Assembly (NCBI GenBank): GCA_045542115.1
Contig: JAZQKK010000014.1
Span: 253,646-317,645 of the forward strand
Direction of reading: 5' to 3'
DNA length: 64,000 nucleotides
Source of the DNA: Eubacteriales bacterium
Lineage (GTDB): Bacteria; Bacillota; Clostridia; Oscillospirales; UBA644
Below are positions 1-9,015 of the stretch, one piece after another. Every line of letters begins with the position of its first letter. Positions within the stretch are counted from its first letter, which is position 1. The notes below the pieces were generated by a model, which saw only the letters and a list, made by a program, of their open reading frames with translations, did no database searches and was not told the origin of the DNA. Position numbers and translations under genes: made by a program.

Positions 1-708
1 GTCTTCAATGCAAGACGTGGTGAAGTAGACCCGATCGTGCAACACCTTTTTGCCTTTCAACCGTTCCGCAATATAGACCTCGTTGACTTTGCTCAAAGGT
101 CCGCGGAGCTTGTTGGAAACGCCTAACTTACCATCCTTCATTTCCAAAACGGGGCGAAGTTTCAGAAGGTTTGCACCGAACATTTCCACAGCGGAGCAAC
201 GGCCACCCTTCCGCATATATTCCAAATCGCCCAAAACGAAGGATACGTTCAACTTATCCGCAAGATTTCGGCAGGTCTCGGCAATCGCCGCGGCATCGGC
301 ATTTTCTTCTGCGGCCATTTCCACAGCTTCAATGGCCAAAAGAGCCATCCCGGTGGAAAGGGATTTGGTATCGACAACGTAAACGTTCTCTACTTCTTCT
401 GCGGCAAGGCAAGCGTTCTGATAGCAGGAAGAAAGAGCGGAACTGATGCAGAAATGAATCACGGCATCCGCATCTTTCAACTGTTCCCGGAAGAAATCTT
501 CAAACTCCACGGGAGGAATGGCACAGGTCTTGGGAAGAATTCCGGTGCGGGCAACGAAATCGTAGATCCCCTGAGCATCCAAATCTACGCCGTCGGTATG
601 AGTCTCTTCTCCTAACTGAACCTTCAAAGGAATTTTTACGATCCCGTACTGTTGCAGTTGTTCCTCGGTCATATCGAGGGTGCTTTCCGCAGTAATTCTA
701 ATCTTCAT
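1..708 (-). CDS. degV: DegV family fatty-acid-binding protein (runs off the left edge; absent from the ORF track)
   Basis: Manual translation from ATG 708: MKIRITAESTLDMTEEQLQQYGIVKIPLKV...LPKTCAIPP...HFCISSALSSCYQNA...VVDTKSLSTG...LEYMRKGGR; typical DegV motifs. RBS AAGGAG upstream. Confidence 0.92.
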   Translation of the reverse strand, partial: MKIRITAESTLDMTEEQLQQYGIVKIPLKVQLGEETHTDGVDLDAQGIYDFVARTGILPKTCAIPPVEFEDFFREQLKDADAVIHFCISSALSSCYQNACLAAEEVENVYVVDTKSLSTGMALLAIEAVEMAAEENADAAAIAETCRNLADKLNVSFVLGDLEYMRKGGRCSAVEMFGANLLKLRPVLEMKDGKLGVSNKLRGPLSKVNEVYIAERLKGKKVLHDRVYFTTSCIED

Positions 709-779
709 AAATTTCTTACTCCTTTCGGGGCACTCGCGTGGGAGCGCGCGAAATATTATTTATTATAATACTATATAGT

Positions 780-808
780 ATTATATCACACTTTTTACCT
801 TTTGTAAA
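780..808 (-). promoter_or_regulatory. sigmaA promoter of degV
   Basis: Minus strand TTTACA-N17-TATAAT with an extended -10 TG. Confidence 0.6.
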
Positions 809-842
809 GAGCGAAAAGCGAAATTCATCAGATTTTCGGGAA

Positions 843-1330
843 TTTTCACATTCTTGACTCTAAATTGGATAATCATTCCCCTTGCGGAAGAGTTTTCCAC
901 AGGTTCATTCCCTTAAAAAACATTGAAAACAACTGTTTTTCCCCGCTCTCCACAGGGTTTTCCACGGTTTTATACCGTTTTGGTGTGGGGCAGGCGGGAA
1001 ATATTTTTGCATATATTTCCCTGTTACAAGGCATACAAAAAAGTTGGACAAACTTTATTTTTCCCCTTGTATCAAGGTTTTTTCGTTGTCAATGTCTTTT
1101 TTCGGAACATTTCCCAAAATTTCCCAAGATGGAAAAAAGCCGTTAAAACCGGGGTTTTGCACATTTTCCACAGGGTTTTCCACGCTTATGAATATACAAC
1201 GGTGGAAAACTATTCGGCATTTTGCACAAGAGCCAAAATTTCCCGATTTTATCATCTTTTTTGACATTATGCGACAAAAAACGAACGTTCGAAATCAAAA
1301 CGGGGGCATTAAAATTCAAATTTGCACAAG
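843..1330. promoter_or_regulatory. Non-coding cluster of DnaA-box-like 9-mers
   Basis: TTTTCCACA at 893 and 1164, CTCTCCACA at 946, TTTTCCACG at 958 and 1176, TTTTGCACA at 1155 and 1220, reverse TTTTCCACC near 1201, reverse TTATCCAAT near 865. Consensus is TTATCCACA. Confidence 0.55.
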
Positions 1331-1336
1331 AAAAAT

Positions 1337-1777
1337 TTATACGTTTCGTAAAGCAGTTAACAACAAGGCCTCCGCAAGACGGTCCAAGGCAAAAAAGCAA
1401 TCACGCCCCCGGGGAGAGAGTCGCTGTAAATCGCCCCATATCCCCCACAAATCTTCCCGGCGTCGGAAGGGCGTTTCATCGAAGCGAAAAGGGTCGGAAG
1501 ACAGCAAAACAACCGACTGCTCCGCCCACTCCCGCTCCGGAGAAGTAAGATAAAAAACCGTTGGAAATACCGAAAAAATCGAAGATGATATTTCATACAA
1601 ATCTTCCCGTTCTATGGGAGTAATAAAATCCCGGAGCAGATGCATACACAACCCTTTGTGTCGGTGAAAACACGATTCCCGAAAAGCCTCGGCCCGGTCT
1701 TGCGAGGGAGAACGAATGGCAGACAACAACAATGAAAATTCTTCCAAAACCGTTGTATAAAAATAATTTTTTTTCAT
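1337..1777 (-). CDS. Short, divergent DUF47 (PhoU-like phosphate transport regulator) family protein
   Basis: Contains DFITPIEREDLYEIS, matching the DUF47 FITP(F/I)(D/E)RED motif. SD GGGGAGG upstream. Only 146 aa. Confidence 0.55.
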   Translation of the reverse strand: MKKNYFYTTVLEEFSLLLSAIRSPSQDRAEAFRESCFHRHKGLCMHLLRDFITPIEREDLYEISSSIFSVFPTVFYLTSPEREWAEQSVVLLSSDPFRFDETPFRRREDLWGIWGDLQRLSPRGRDCFFALDRLAEALLLTALRNV

Positions 1778-1784
1778 AAAAACA

Positions 1785-1814
1785 CCTCCCCGAAGAGTTT
1801 ATGCTCCGGGGAGG
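1785..1814 (-). terminator. Hairpin after the rnf operon; its 3' arm is also the SD of the next gene
   Basis: Minus strand CCTCCCCGGAG-cataaact-CTTCGGGGAGG followed by TGTTTTT-ATG. Confidence 0.55.
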
Positions 1815-1830
1815 GAAAACAGAAGTTATT

Positions 1831-1968
1831 TTAAATCAGACCCAACAGCATCAAAATGGGACGGGCGGCAAAAAATCCAAGGATAAACAAAAGGATTCCC
1901 GTCACAATTAACCAAGGAAGATGCTTTCGCACCCCTCGGGTGCGATGAAACGACCATTCCCGCCTCAT
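1831..1968 (-). CDS. 45-aa single-TM small protein coupled to rnfB
   Basis: MRREWSFHRTRGVRKHLPWLIVTGILLFILGFFAARPILMLLGLI; its ATG overlaps the rnfB stop (ATGA at 1968-1965). Basic N-terminus followed by a hydrophobic helix. Confidence 0.55.
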   Translation of the reverse strand: MRREWSFHRTRGVRKHLPWLIVTGILLFILGFFAARPILMLLGLI

Positions 1969-2801
1969 TGCGCCGTCTCCGTCTCCAAAGACACACAACC
2001 GTCGAGAATGATTTTTCGGGGGCATTTGGAGGCACACAGGCCGCAATGATTACAGAGAGAGTAATCAATGTGGGCAATGTTATCCACGAAGGTAATGGCG
2101 TTGTTGGGACAATTCTTGGCACAGATACCGCAACCGATACACCCCACCTGACAGTGAGACCGGACGGTAACGCCCTTATCTTTGGACTTGCAAGCCACCC
2201 AATACCGGGAATCAAAGGGCACTAATTCAATCAGATTTTGAGGACAGGCGGTCACGCACATTCCACAGGCACGGCACTGGTCGTATTCCACGAACGCGGC
2301 GCCGTCTTGCAGTTTAATGGCGTCAAAAGCGCAAGCATTCACACAGGACCCCAATCCGATACAACCGTAACTGCATTCTTTGGGACCGTTCCCCAAGCGG
2401 GAGACCGAGTGGCAATCGGCAAGGCCTTGATAAAGATATTTGTAATTCGCCGTTCGGTTGTTTCCGCTACACATCACCTGTGCCCGCATCCGAACCGGTT
2501 CTTTCACTTCCACTCCCATAATTTCCGCAATCTTTTTGTTGGCCTCCGCCCCGGCAACGGGACAACGTCCCACGGGAGCAGTTCCTTCCACGATCGCCTT
2601 GGCGTAAGCTCCGCAACCGCTGTAACCGCAGCCGCCGCAGTTCGCTCCGGCCAACTGCTCGGAGATCTCGTCAATACGGGGGTCTTTTTCCACGGCAAAT
2701 TTCTTCGCGGCAAACGCCAACAGAACGCCGAAGAGAAAGGCTACCGCCGCCAGAACCAAAATAGTGATGGGAATTTCAAGATAAACAGGCATTGCTATCA
2801 T
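1965..2801 (-). CDS. rnfB: Rnf electron transport complex subunit B (polyferredoxin)
   Basis: N-terminal TM, GANCGGCGYSGC motif, several CxxCxxCxxxCP ferredoxin motifs. Confidence 0.95.
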   Translation of the reverse strand: MIAMPVYLEIPITILVLAAVAFLFGVLLAFAAKKFAVEKDPRIDEISEQLAGANCGGCGYSGCGAYAKAIVEGTAPVGRCPVAGAEANKKIAEIMGVEVKEPVRMRAQVMCSGNNRTANYKYLYQGLADCHSVSRLGNGPKECSYGCIGLGSCVNACAFDAIKLQDGAAFVEYDQCRACGMCVTACPQNLIELVPFDSRYWVACKSKDKGVTVRSHCQVGCIGCGICAKNCPNNAITFVDNIAHIDYSLCNHCGLCASKCPRKIILDGCVSLETETAQ

Positions 2802-2812
2802 ATCATTCCTCC

Positions 2813-3388
2813 TTAAAACGACAAGCGCAATCCCCCGAAAGCAAGGGCCAAAAGACCGCCGGCAATCAGGGCAATGGGAACCCCACGGAAGGGCTTGGGA
2901 ATTTTGGCAAACTCAAACCGTTCCCGAACGAGAGAAAGCAAGAAAATAGCCAACAGGAATCCCAGTCCGGCGGCAAAGCCGTAGACGGTAGATTCGATGA
3001 AGTTGTAATCGTTCTGCACGTTGAGAAGGGCAACCCCCAAAACGGCGCAGTTAGTAGTAATCAACGGAAGATAAATTCCCAAAGCGGAATACAACGCGGG
3101 GATGGCCTTCTGCAAGAACATTTCGATGAACTGTACCAAGCAGGCAATCAGCAGAATAAAGGCAATGGTCTCCAAATATTCAATGTGCAAGGGTTTGAGA
3201 ACAAAATGGTACAAAGGCCAGGTCAGGGCGGACGCAATCGTCATCGTAAAGGTGACGGCAAGCCCCATTCCCACAGCCGTTCCTGTTTTTTGGGATACAC
3301 CTAAAAATGGGCAGATACCGTAGAATTTTACAAACACGAAGTTTTCAATTAAAATTGCGGAAAGAGCGAGTAAAAACAAATTTGCCAT
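2813..3388 (-). CDS. rnfA: Rnf subunit A
   Basis: ENFVFVKFYGICPFLGVS and YLPLITTNCAVLG motifs. Confidence 0.96.
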   Translation of the reverse strand: MANLFLLALSAILIENFVFVKFYGICPFLGVSQKTGTAVGMGLAVTFTMTIASALTWPLYHFVLKPLHIEYLETIAFILLIACLVQFIEMFLQKAIPALYSALGIYLPLITTNCAVLGVALLNVQNDYNFIESTVYGFAAGLGFLLAIFLLSLVRERFEFAKIPKPFRGVPIALIAGGLLALAFGGLRLSF

Positions 3389-3391
3389 AAC

Positions 3392-4012
3392 TCAGTCCTC
3401 CTTCTTTTTAGAACGGTTTTTCAGCCATTGCACAAAGGCAATCAAACCGCCCAGAATCAAAAATCCACCCACGGGAGAAATCACCAAAACCGCGGGAGAA
3501 TAGGCCTCGGGAAGGACTTTCAGTCCGAGAAGGGTTCCGCTGCCGATCAATTCCCGAATCGCGGAAATAATGACCAGCGCAACCGTAAATCCAAACCCCA
3601 TCGCAAGACCGTCCAACACCGAAGGTAACGGACCGTGCTTGGAAGCAAAGCTTTCCGCCCGGGCAAGAATCACGCAGTTTACCACGATAAGCGGGATAAA
3701 CAACCCCAAGGATTCCGCCAGCGACGGAACGTAGGCCTGCAACACCATATCCACCACTGTAACAAAGCCGGCGATGATAACGATATACGATGCAATCCGA
3801 ATTTTCGAAGGAATAAAATTCCGCAAAAGCGAAATAAACAGATTAGAAAGGATAAGAACAAACGTCACGCTCAGTCCCATTCCGATCCCGTTGATGACCG
3901 TGGTGGAAACAGCCAACGTGGAACACATCCCCAAAAGTTGAACGAAAATGGGGTTCTGGTCCAAAAGGCCGTCTTTAAAAATTTTACCCACCGATACGTT
4001 GTCTTTTGCCAT
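3392..4012 (-). CDS. rnfE: Rnf subunit E
   Basis: NPIFVQLLGMCSTLAVS and FIPLIVVNCVILARAE motifs. Confidence 0.96.
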   Translation of the reverse strand: MAKDNVSVGKIFKDGLLDQNPIFVQLLGMCSTLAVSTTVINGIGMGLSVTFVLILSNLFISLLRNFIPSKIRIASYIVIIAGFVTVVDMVLQAYVPSLAESLGLFIPLIVVNCVILARAESFASKHGPLPSVLDGLAMGFGFTVALVIISAIRELIGSGTLLGLKVLPEAYSPAVLVISPVGGFLILGGLIAFVQWLKNRSKKKED

Positions 4013-4015
4013 CCT

Positions 4016-4561
4016 TTAATCCCCCTCTCCTTGCAGAATGAACTCACAAGCCCGGACGGCGGACTCCACGCCGGACTGGATGCCCTTCGACGAAATGGTA
4101 GCCCCGCTGACCGGAATGATGCTTTCCAAATTCCGAGAAGGCAGATTTTTGAATTGAGGCAGATACGCCCCTTGTTCATCCACCGCCTTCGAGCCGATTC
4201 CGGGGGTCTCCGACTGGGAAAGAATCTTGACACCGGTAACAATCATCTCGGGATTTACCCCGACAATCATCGTAATGGTGTCATACCCTTTTACCGTCAC
4301 GTCAAAGCAATATCCGGTAACGGAACCGTTTTCTTCCCCTTGATAAACGGCAGTAATCATCCCCGATTCAGAGGGGGAAATATAGTCTTCGGAAAGCTGT
4401 GTAAAACTTCCGGGAAGAAGTTCTGCCCGAGCCGCCTGACCGGCTAACCTCTGACGCTCGGCGATGGTATTACGGGTGAGAATATTAACCACCGAAAGCA
4501 TAGCAACCACGGCAGCAACGAATAAAGCGAGGCGAAATCCGAGAGAAAAATACTTTTTCAT
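4016..4561 (-). CDS. rnfG: Rnf subunit G (FMN-binding)
   Basis: N-terminal TM, ETPGIGS motif, SGATISS flavinylation motif. Confidence 0.93.
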   Translation of the reverse strand: MKKYFSLGFRLALFVAAVVAMLSVVNILTRNTIAERQRLAGQAARAELLPGSFTQLSEDYISPSESGMITAVYQGEENGSVTGYCFDVTVKGYDTITMIVGVNPEMIVTGVKILSQSETPGIGSKAVDEQGAYLPQFKNLPSRNLESIIPVSGATISSKGIQSGVESAVRACEFILQGEGD

Positions 4562-5577
4562 ACGTTTTCCCCTCCGATTCCGTAACGACGGGGCTTCAAA
4601 TACCGGTCAATGGCCAGCGTTGCCACGTTCATAATCAAAATGGAATAACTGACCGCTTCGGGATATCCGCCGAAGGTACGTAACAACACCGTTAATCCGC
4701 CGCATCCCACGGCATAGATAATCTTTCCTACTTTGGAAAGAGGGGACGTGGCGTAATCGGTCGCCATAAAGACCGCCCCCAGCATCAGACCGCCGCTGAG
4801 CAGTTCGTAGGCCATATAAGTAAGATTTTCCATTCCACCCACGGGGAACAGATAGGTCAAAAGGGCCACCGTACCGATGTAGCAGACGGGGATATGCCAG
4901 GTAATGACCTTCCGGCAAAGCAGATAAACCAAACCCACAAGAATCAGAAGCGTAGAAGTTTCCCCGATACATCCGGGCATATTTCCAACGAACATATCCC
5001 ACAGATCCGTTTCGGGAACAACGCCGTTTTTCAGACTGGCAAGGGTGGTAGCACTGGTGATAGAGTCCACGGAATCGGAAATGACACCGTCGGTAAACAT
5101 TGGCTCTCCGAAAATGAACGACGCCTTATAATAAACGTCACTGAAAGGCTTTGTAAAGGTGGTCATAATCGTAGGCCAGGAGAAGAGAAACGCTCTTGCG
5201 GCAAGGGCAGGATTCAAGAAATTCTTTCCCAATCCCCCGAAGAGACATTTTACCACGACAATGGCAAAAAATCCGCCAACAGCAACCATCCAATAAGGGG
5301 TCACCACCGGAAGATTCAATCCCAGAAGCAACCCGGTGACCACCGCAGAAAAGTCTCCGATGGTATTCTTGCGTTTGGTCAGCCAATTAAACAAACTTTC
5401 AAAAGCGACACACGACCCGACCGAAACCAACGTAATGCTTAATGCTCGGAAGCCAAAATAAATGGTACCGGCAACCAACAGAGGAAGCAGGGCAATCACC
5501 ACGTCCCGCATCAAGGTCATCGTAGAATCCTTGCAACGGTAATGAGGCGAGGAATTGACTAAAAGTTGCTGGCTCAT
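4558..5577 (-). CDS. rnfD: Rnf subunit D
   Basis: Start reassigned to ATG 5577 (MSQQLLVNSSPH), overlapping the rnfC stop. FGGLGKNFLNPA, SATTL flavinylation site, GAVFMATDY. Confidence 0.95.
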   Translation of the reverse strand: MSQQLLVNSSPHYRCKDSTMTLMRDVVIALLPLLVAGTIYFGFRALSITLVSVGSCVAFESLFNWLTKRKNTIGDFSAVVTGLLLGLNLPVVTPYWMVAVGGFFAIVVVKCLFGGLGKNFLNPALAARAFLFSWPTIMTTFTKPFSDVYYKASFIFGEPMFTDGVISDSVDSITSATTLASLKNGVVPETDLWDMFVGNMPGCIGETSTLLILVGLVYLLCRKVITWHIPVCYIGTVALLTYLFPVGGMENLTYMAYELLSGGLMLGAVFMATDYATSPLSKVGKIIYAVGCGGLTVLLRTFGGYPEAVSYSILIMNVATLAIDRYLKPRRYGIGGENV

Positions 5578-6899
5578 TTCTTTCCTCCTTCCCGGGGAAT
5601 CTGACTTTTCGCCATCCGCATTGCCTGAACCAAGTATAATTTCGCAGGGCAAACGTAGGCACAACAACCACATTCAATGCAGTCCTGAACGTTCAACTTT
5701 GCGCACTCGGAAAACCGGTCCAACACGGCGTTTTCATAAATTTTTGTAGGTTGCAACCGCATCGGACAAACCGAAACACAGCGGCCGCACCGGATACAGG
5801 TATCCGAATCGGGGAACGACTCTTCTCCCCCGTCGGGAGCAAAGGCCAAAAGGGAAGAAGTATTCTTAACCACGGGGATATCCAAGGAATGTTGGGCAAA
5901 GCCCATCATCGGACCGCCGGTCACAATCTTGTAAGGTTCCGCCGTAAAGCCGCCGCAATGCCGGAACAGTTCCCGGTAAGGAGTTCCGATACGAACCAAC
6001 AGATTCGCGGGATTTGCCACCGCAGAACCGCTGACGGTCACCACCCGCTTCGTCAGGGGCTGCCCCCGATAAATAGCCCGGTACAACGATGCACAGGTAT
6101 CCACGTTAAACACGGCACAACCGATATCCATCGGCAGTTTCCCCGGAGGAACTTCCCGACCGGTAACGGCACGAATCAGTTGTTTTTCGCCCCCCTGGGG
6201 GTATTTCGTGGGCAATTCCAAAACGGTGATTCCCGTACCGTCGGCGGTGGCCCGCATCGTAGCAAGGGCATCGGGTTTATTGTTCTCAATACAGATAACA
6301 ACGTCGTCCACACCCAGGCACTGACGGATCAATTCCGCACCGGTAACGATAAACCGAGGATATTCCACCATTGCCCGATGGTCTGAGGTAATAAAAGGCT
6401 CGCACTCACAACCGTTGATGATCACCGAAGTGACTTTGCGATCGATAGCGGTACGCAATTTGGCGTGCAACGGAAATGCCGCTCCCCCCATCCCCACGAT
6501 ACCGGCTTCCAGAGCCAGAGCAATAATCTGCTCGGAAGAAAGGTCGCAAACGTCCCCCTCATAAGATTCCAGTTCCACCTTTTCGTCGCTTCCGTCATTT
6601 TCAATGACCACCGACGGAACCTTGATACCCGAAGAAGTCCACCGAGGTTCGATAGCCTTCACGATTCCGGGAATCGAAGCGTGCACCGGAGCGTAAAGTC
6701 CCGATTCACACGTCCCGATCTTCTGCCCTTCCAACACCCGGTCTCCTACCTTGACGACAGGTTGGCAGGGAGCACCAATGTGCTGAGACAGGGGGATGAT
6801 CACCTGCTCCGGCTGAGGCAGATTGCTGACGATGACGCTGGCGGCGGTTTTTTCTTTTTGATATTCCGGATGGATTCCGCCGCGGAAAGAAAACGCCAT
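5574..6899 (-). CDS. rnfC: Rnf subunit C
   Basis: MAFSFRGGIHP, QHIGAPC, GIVGMGGAAFP, NGCECEPFITSD and two CxxCxxCxxxCP motifs. Confidence 0.96.
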   Translation of the reverse strand: MAFSFRGGIHPEYQKEKTAASVIVSNLPQPEQVIIPLSQHIGAPCQPVVKVGDRVLEGQKIGTCESGLYAPVHASIPGIVKAIEPRWTSSGIKVPSVVIENDGSDEKVELESYEGDVCDLSSEQIIALALEAGIVGMGGAAFPLHAKLRTAIDRKVTSVIINGCECEPFITSDHRAMVEYPRFIVTGAELIRQCLGVDDVVICIENNKPDALATMRATADGTGITVLELPTKYPQGGEKQLIRAVTGREVPPGKLPMDIGCAVFNVDTCASLYRAIYRGQPLTKRVVTVSGSAVANPANLLVRIGTPYRELFRHCGGFTAEPYKIVTGGPMMGFAQHSLDIPVVKNTSSLLAFAPDGGEESFPDSDTCIRCGRCVSVCPMRLQPTKIYENAVLDRFSECAKLNVQDCIECGCCAYVCPAKLYLVQAMRMAKSQIPREGGKK

Positions 6900-6978
6900 A
6901 GAAGATACTCCTCTCTTTTTATAACGTTACCGGATGCCCCTCGCATCCGGTCGACTGAATTTCACAAGATATATAATA

Positions 6979-7007
6979 ATTATATAATAAAATCTTAAAT
7001 ATGTCAA
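6979..7007 (-). promoter_or_regulatory. sigmaA promoter of the rnf operon
   Basis: Minus strand TTGACA-N17-TATAAT (perfect consensus). Confidence 0.75.
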
Positions 7008-7036
7008 GAGGGTAATTTAAGTAAAAACCCCGAGAA

Positions 7037-7645
7037 TCATCTCGGGGCAATCTGACGGCCGATTTCCTGAAAAACGATGGAAATATCCTCGGACAATACT
7101 TCTTTCAGAGCGCAAAGAGCCGGCTCTTCCGAACGCATCGAGAAAACCACGTTATCCGAAAAAGAACGGTCCAAAATGGGAATATTCAATTTTTCTCCGT
7201 GATATGTTACCGTCCCGGTCTTCGAATAAGGGAAGGTCACGGTAAAATCAATAAATTCAGCAGTCTCGGTCTTTTCCGCCGCTTCCAGGGCTCCGGCGGC
7301 GGCTTTGGCATAGGCCCGCACCAACCCTCCGGCACCCAACAAAATCCCCCCAAAATGCCGGGTGACTACCACCGTAACGTCTTCCAATCCGTTCTTCTGC
7401 AATGCATTGAGCGTCGGGGCTCCTCCGGTCCCGGAGGGTTCGCCGTCGTCGCTCATACGGACGATTCCCCCGTGAATAACGTAGGCAAACACGTGATGCC
7501 GTGCTTCCGGGTCGGCGGCACGGATCTGAGCAATCACCTGCTTGGCCTCCTCTTCGGTAGGGGTATAAAAGGCTCTGCCAATGAAGGTGGATTTTTTTTC
7601 GGTAAATTCATATTCTCCGCTTCCGCGGAGGGTTACGTATCCCAT
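7037..7645 (-). CDS. yigZ: YigZ/IMPACT family protein
   Basis: EKKSTFIG, ARHHVFAY, SDDGEPSGTGG, VVTRHFGGILLGAGGLVRAY. Start chosen downstream of GGAG. Confidence 0.92.
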   Translation of the reverse strand: MGYVTLRGSGEYEFTEKKSTFIGRAFYTPTEEEAKQVIAQIRAADPEARHHVFAYVIHGGIVRMSDDGEPSGTGGAPTLNALQKNGLEDVTVVVTRHFGGILLGAGGLVRAYAKAAAGALEAAEKTETAEFIDFTVTFPYSKTGTVTYHGEKLNIPILDRSFSDNVVFSMRSEEPALCALKEVLSEDISIVFQEIGRQIAPR

Positions 7646-7808
7646 AGAGAACACTCCCATATCGGTTCTTTCTTCCATTGTATCACATTTTTCAGAAAAT
7701 TTCCACCTCAGATATGCAACTTTATTTTAACTTTCGGTAAAATTTCTTGCAATTTTTCTTCATTTGTGTTATAATAGAGAAAGAAATATACAGAGAAGAG
7801 GGGTCAAC

Positions 7809-8102
7809 GTGTTTCGACATATCGTGCTGTACCGCTTGAAAGACCGAAGCGAAAAAGCTAAGCAAGCCTTGAAAAATAAGTTTTTGACCCTTCGGGGAAA
7901 CGTCCCCCAGATTCGGGAAATAGAAGTCGGAACCGACTGTCTCTATTCGGGACGGAGTTATGACGTGGCCCTGGTCATCACCTTTGACAAAAAAGACGAC
8001 CTTCCCCTCTACAAGGCTCACCCCTTCCATTTGGGGGTGGCGGAATACGTCCATTCCGTGATAGAATCGGCGGTCAGTTGTGATTTTGAGGCAGACCTAT
8101 GA
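7809..8102 (+). CDS. Dabb (stress-responsive A/B barrel) protein
   Basis: GTG start; FRHIVLYRLK...YDVALVITFD...YKAHPFH pattern; stop overlaps the holB start. Confidence 0.85.
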   Translation: MFRHIVLYRLKDRSEKAKQALKNKFLTLRGNVPQIREIEVGTDCLYSGRSYDVALVITFDKKDDLPLYKAHPFHLGVAEYVHSVIESAVSCDFEADL

Positions 8103-8986
8103 ATTTTTCGGGATTTTACGGGAACGACCCCATCAAAACCATCCTAAATTCCCACCTGTTCCACGCCTATCTGATCGAAGGACCGGAAGGGTCGGGGAAG
8201 CATACGCTCGCAAACCTTATCACCAACGCACTGGTCTGCGACGGAGAGAACCCCCCTTGCGGAACCTGTCGGCAATGCTATAAGTTTCGGGAACGGTGCC
8301 ATCCGGATATTATCGATATTCCTTCCGACCTTCCGGTGGATGAAATGCGGCAAGTGTTGGCGGGAATCGTACTGACCCCTAACGATGCAAAGCACAAAGT
8401 CTACCGCATCGACAAGGCGGAAAAACTCCACCCCGCAGCCCAAAATCTGTTGTTGAAGACGTTGGAAGAGCCGCCGGAGTACGCCGTTTTTCTTTTGCTG
8501 TGCAATGCGAAAGAAGGGGTGTTGGAAACGGTGCGTTCCCGGTGTCAAACCTTAACGACGGCACCTTTGCCGGAATCGGTGATTCGGGACCATTTCATTA
8601 AGACCTTCGGTTCTTATGACGAAAAGGCACAAAATGCGGCGCTGCTGTCCGCGGGATTTTTGGGGAAAGCCGTGGAACTGTATCAATCGGGAGACGGAGA
8701 AGCGGTGGAACGGTGCAAAGCGCTGATTGAAGCTCTGCAAAAAGGAGATGTTCCCTGCGTCTTTCGGATTTTTAATTTCAAAGACCGGGAACAGTTAACG
8801 GCCTTTTACCGAGCCTTTTCCCTTCACGTAAAACGCTGTTTACGGGATTGCACCCCTTCGCAACGCCGGTTTTTCGCCGACTTGGCCCAACGGTGGGACG
8901 AAATGGAAGAAGCAATGCAGACCAACGTAAACGTGAAGCTGTGGAATACCAATCTTGCCCGGCTCTGCCTGAAAGCAAGAAGATAA
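8099..8986 (+). CDS. holB: DNA polymerase III delta' subunit
   Basis: HAYLIEGPEGSGK, CGTCRQC zinc module, AAQNLLLKTLEEPP, TVRSRC. Confidence 0.9.
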   Translation: MNFSGFYGNDPIKTILNSHLFHAYLIEGPEGSGKHTLANLITNALVCDGENPPCGTCRQCYKFRERCHPDIIDIPSDLPVDEMRQVLAGIVLTPNDAKHKVYRIDKAEKLHPAAQNLLLKTLEEPPEYAVFLLLCNAKEGVLETVRSRCQTLTTAPLPESVIRDHFIKTFGSYDEKAQNAALLSAGFLGKAVELYQSGDGEAVERCKALIEALQKGDVPCVFRIFNFKDREQLTAFYRAFSLHVKRCLRDCTPSQRRFFADLAQRWDEMEEAMQTNVNVKLWNTNLARLCLKARR

Positions 8987-9015
8987 TTATTTTTTTCAAA
9001 GAAAGGATCACTCCA

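Noticed and set aside
843-1330. Chromosomal oriC
   Set aside because: No dnaA/dnaN nearby and gene orientation does not invert across the site; kept only as a DnaA-box cluster.
865-1596. Overlapping short ORFs in the DnaA-box interval (865-1146, 923-1264, 1044-1553, 1055-1267 and others)
   Set aside because: No RBS, low-complexity Phe/Lys/Ser composition, mutually overlapping; treated as non-coding.
6950-6968. Rex operator upstream of rnfC
   Set aside because: Only one half-site (TTGTGAA on the minus strand); the second half does not match.
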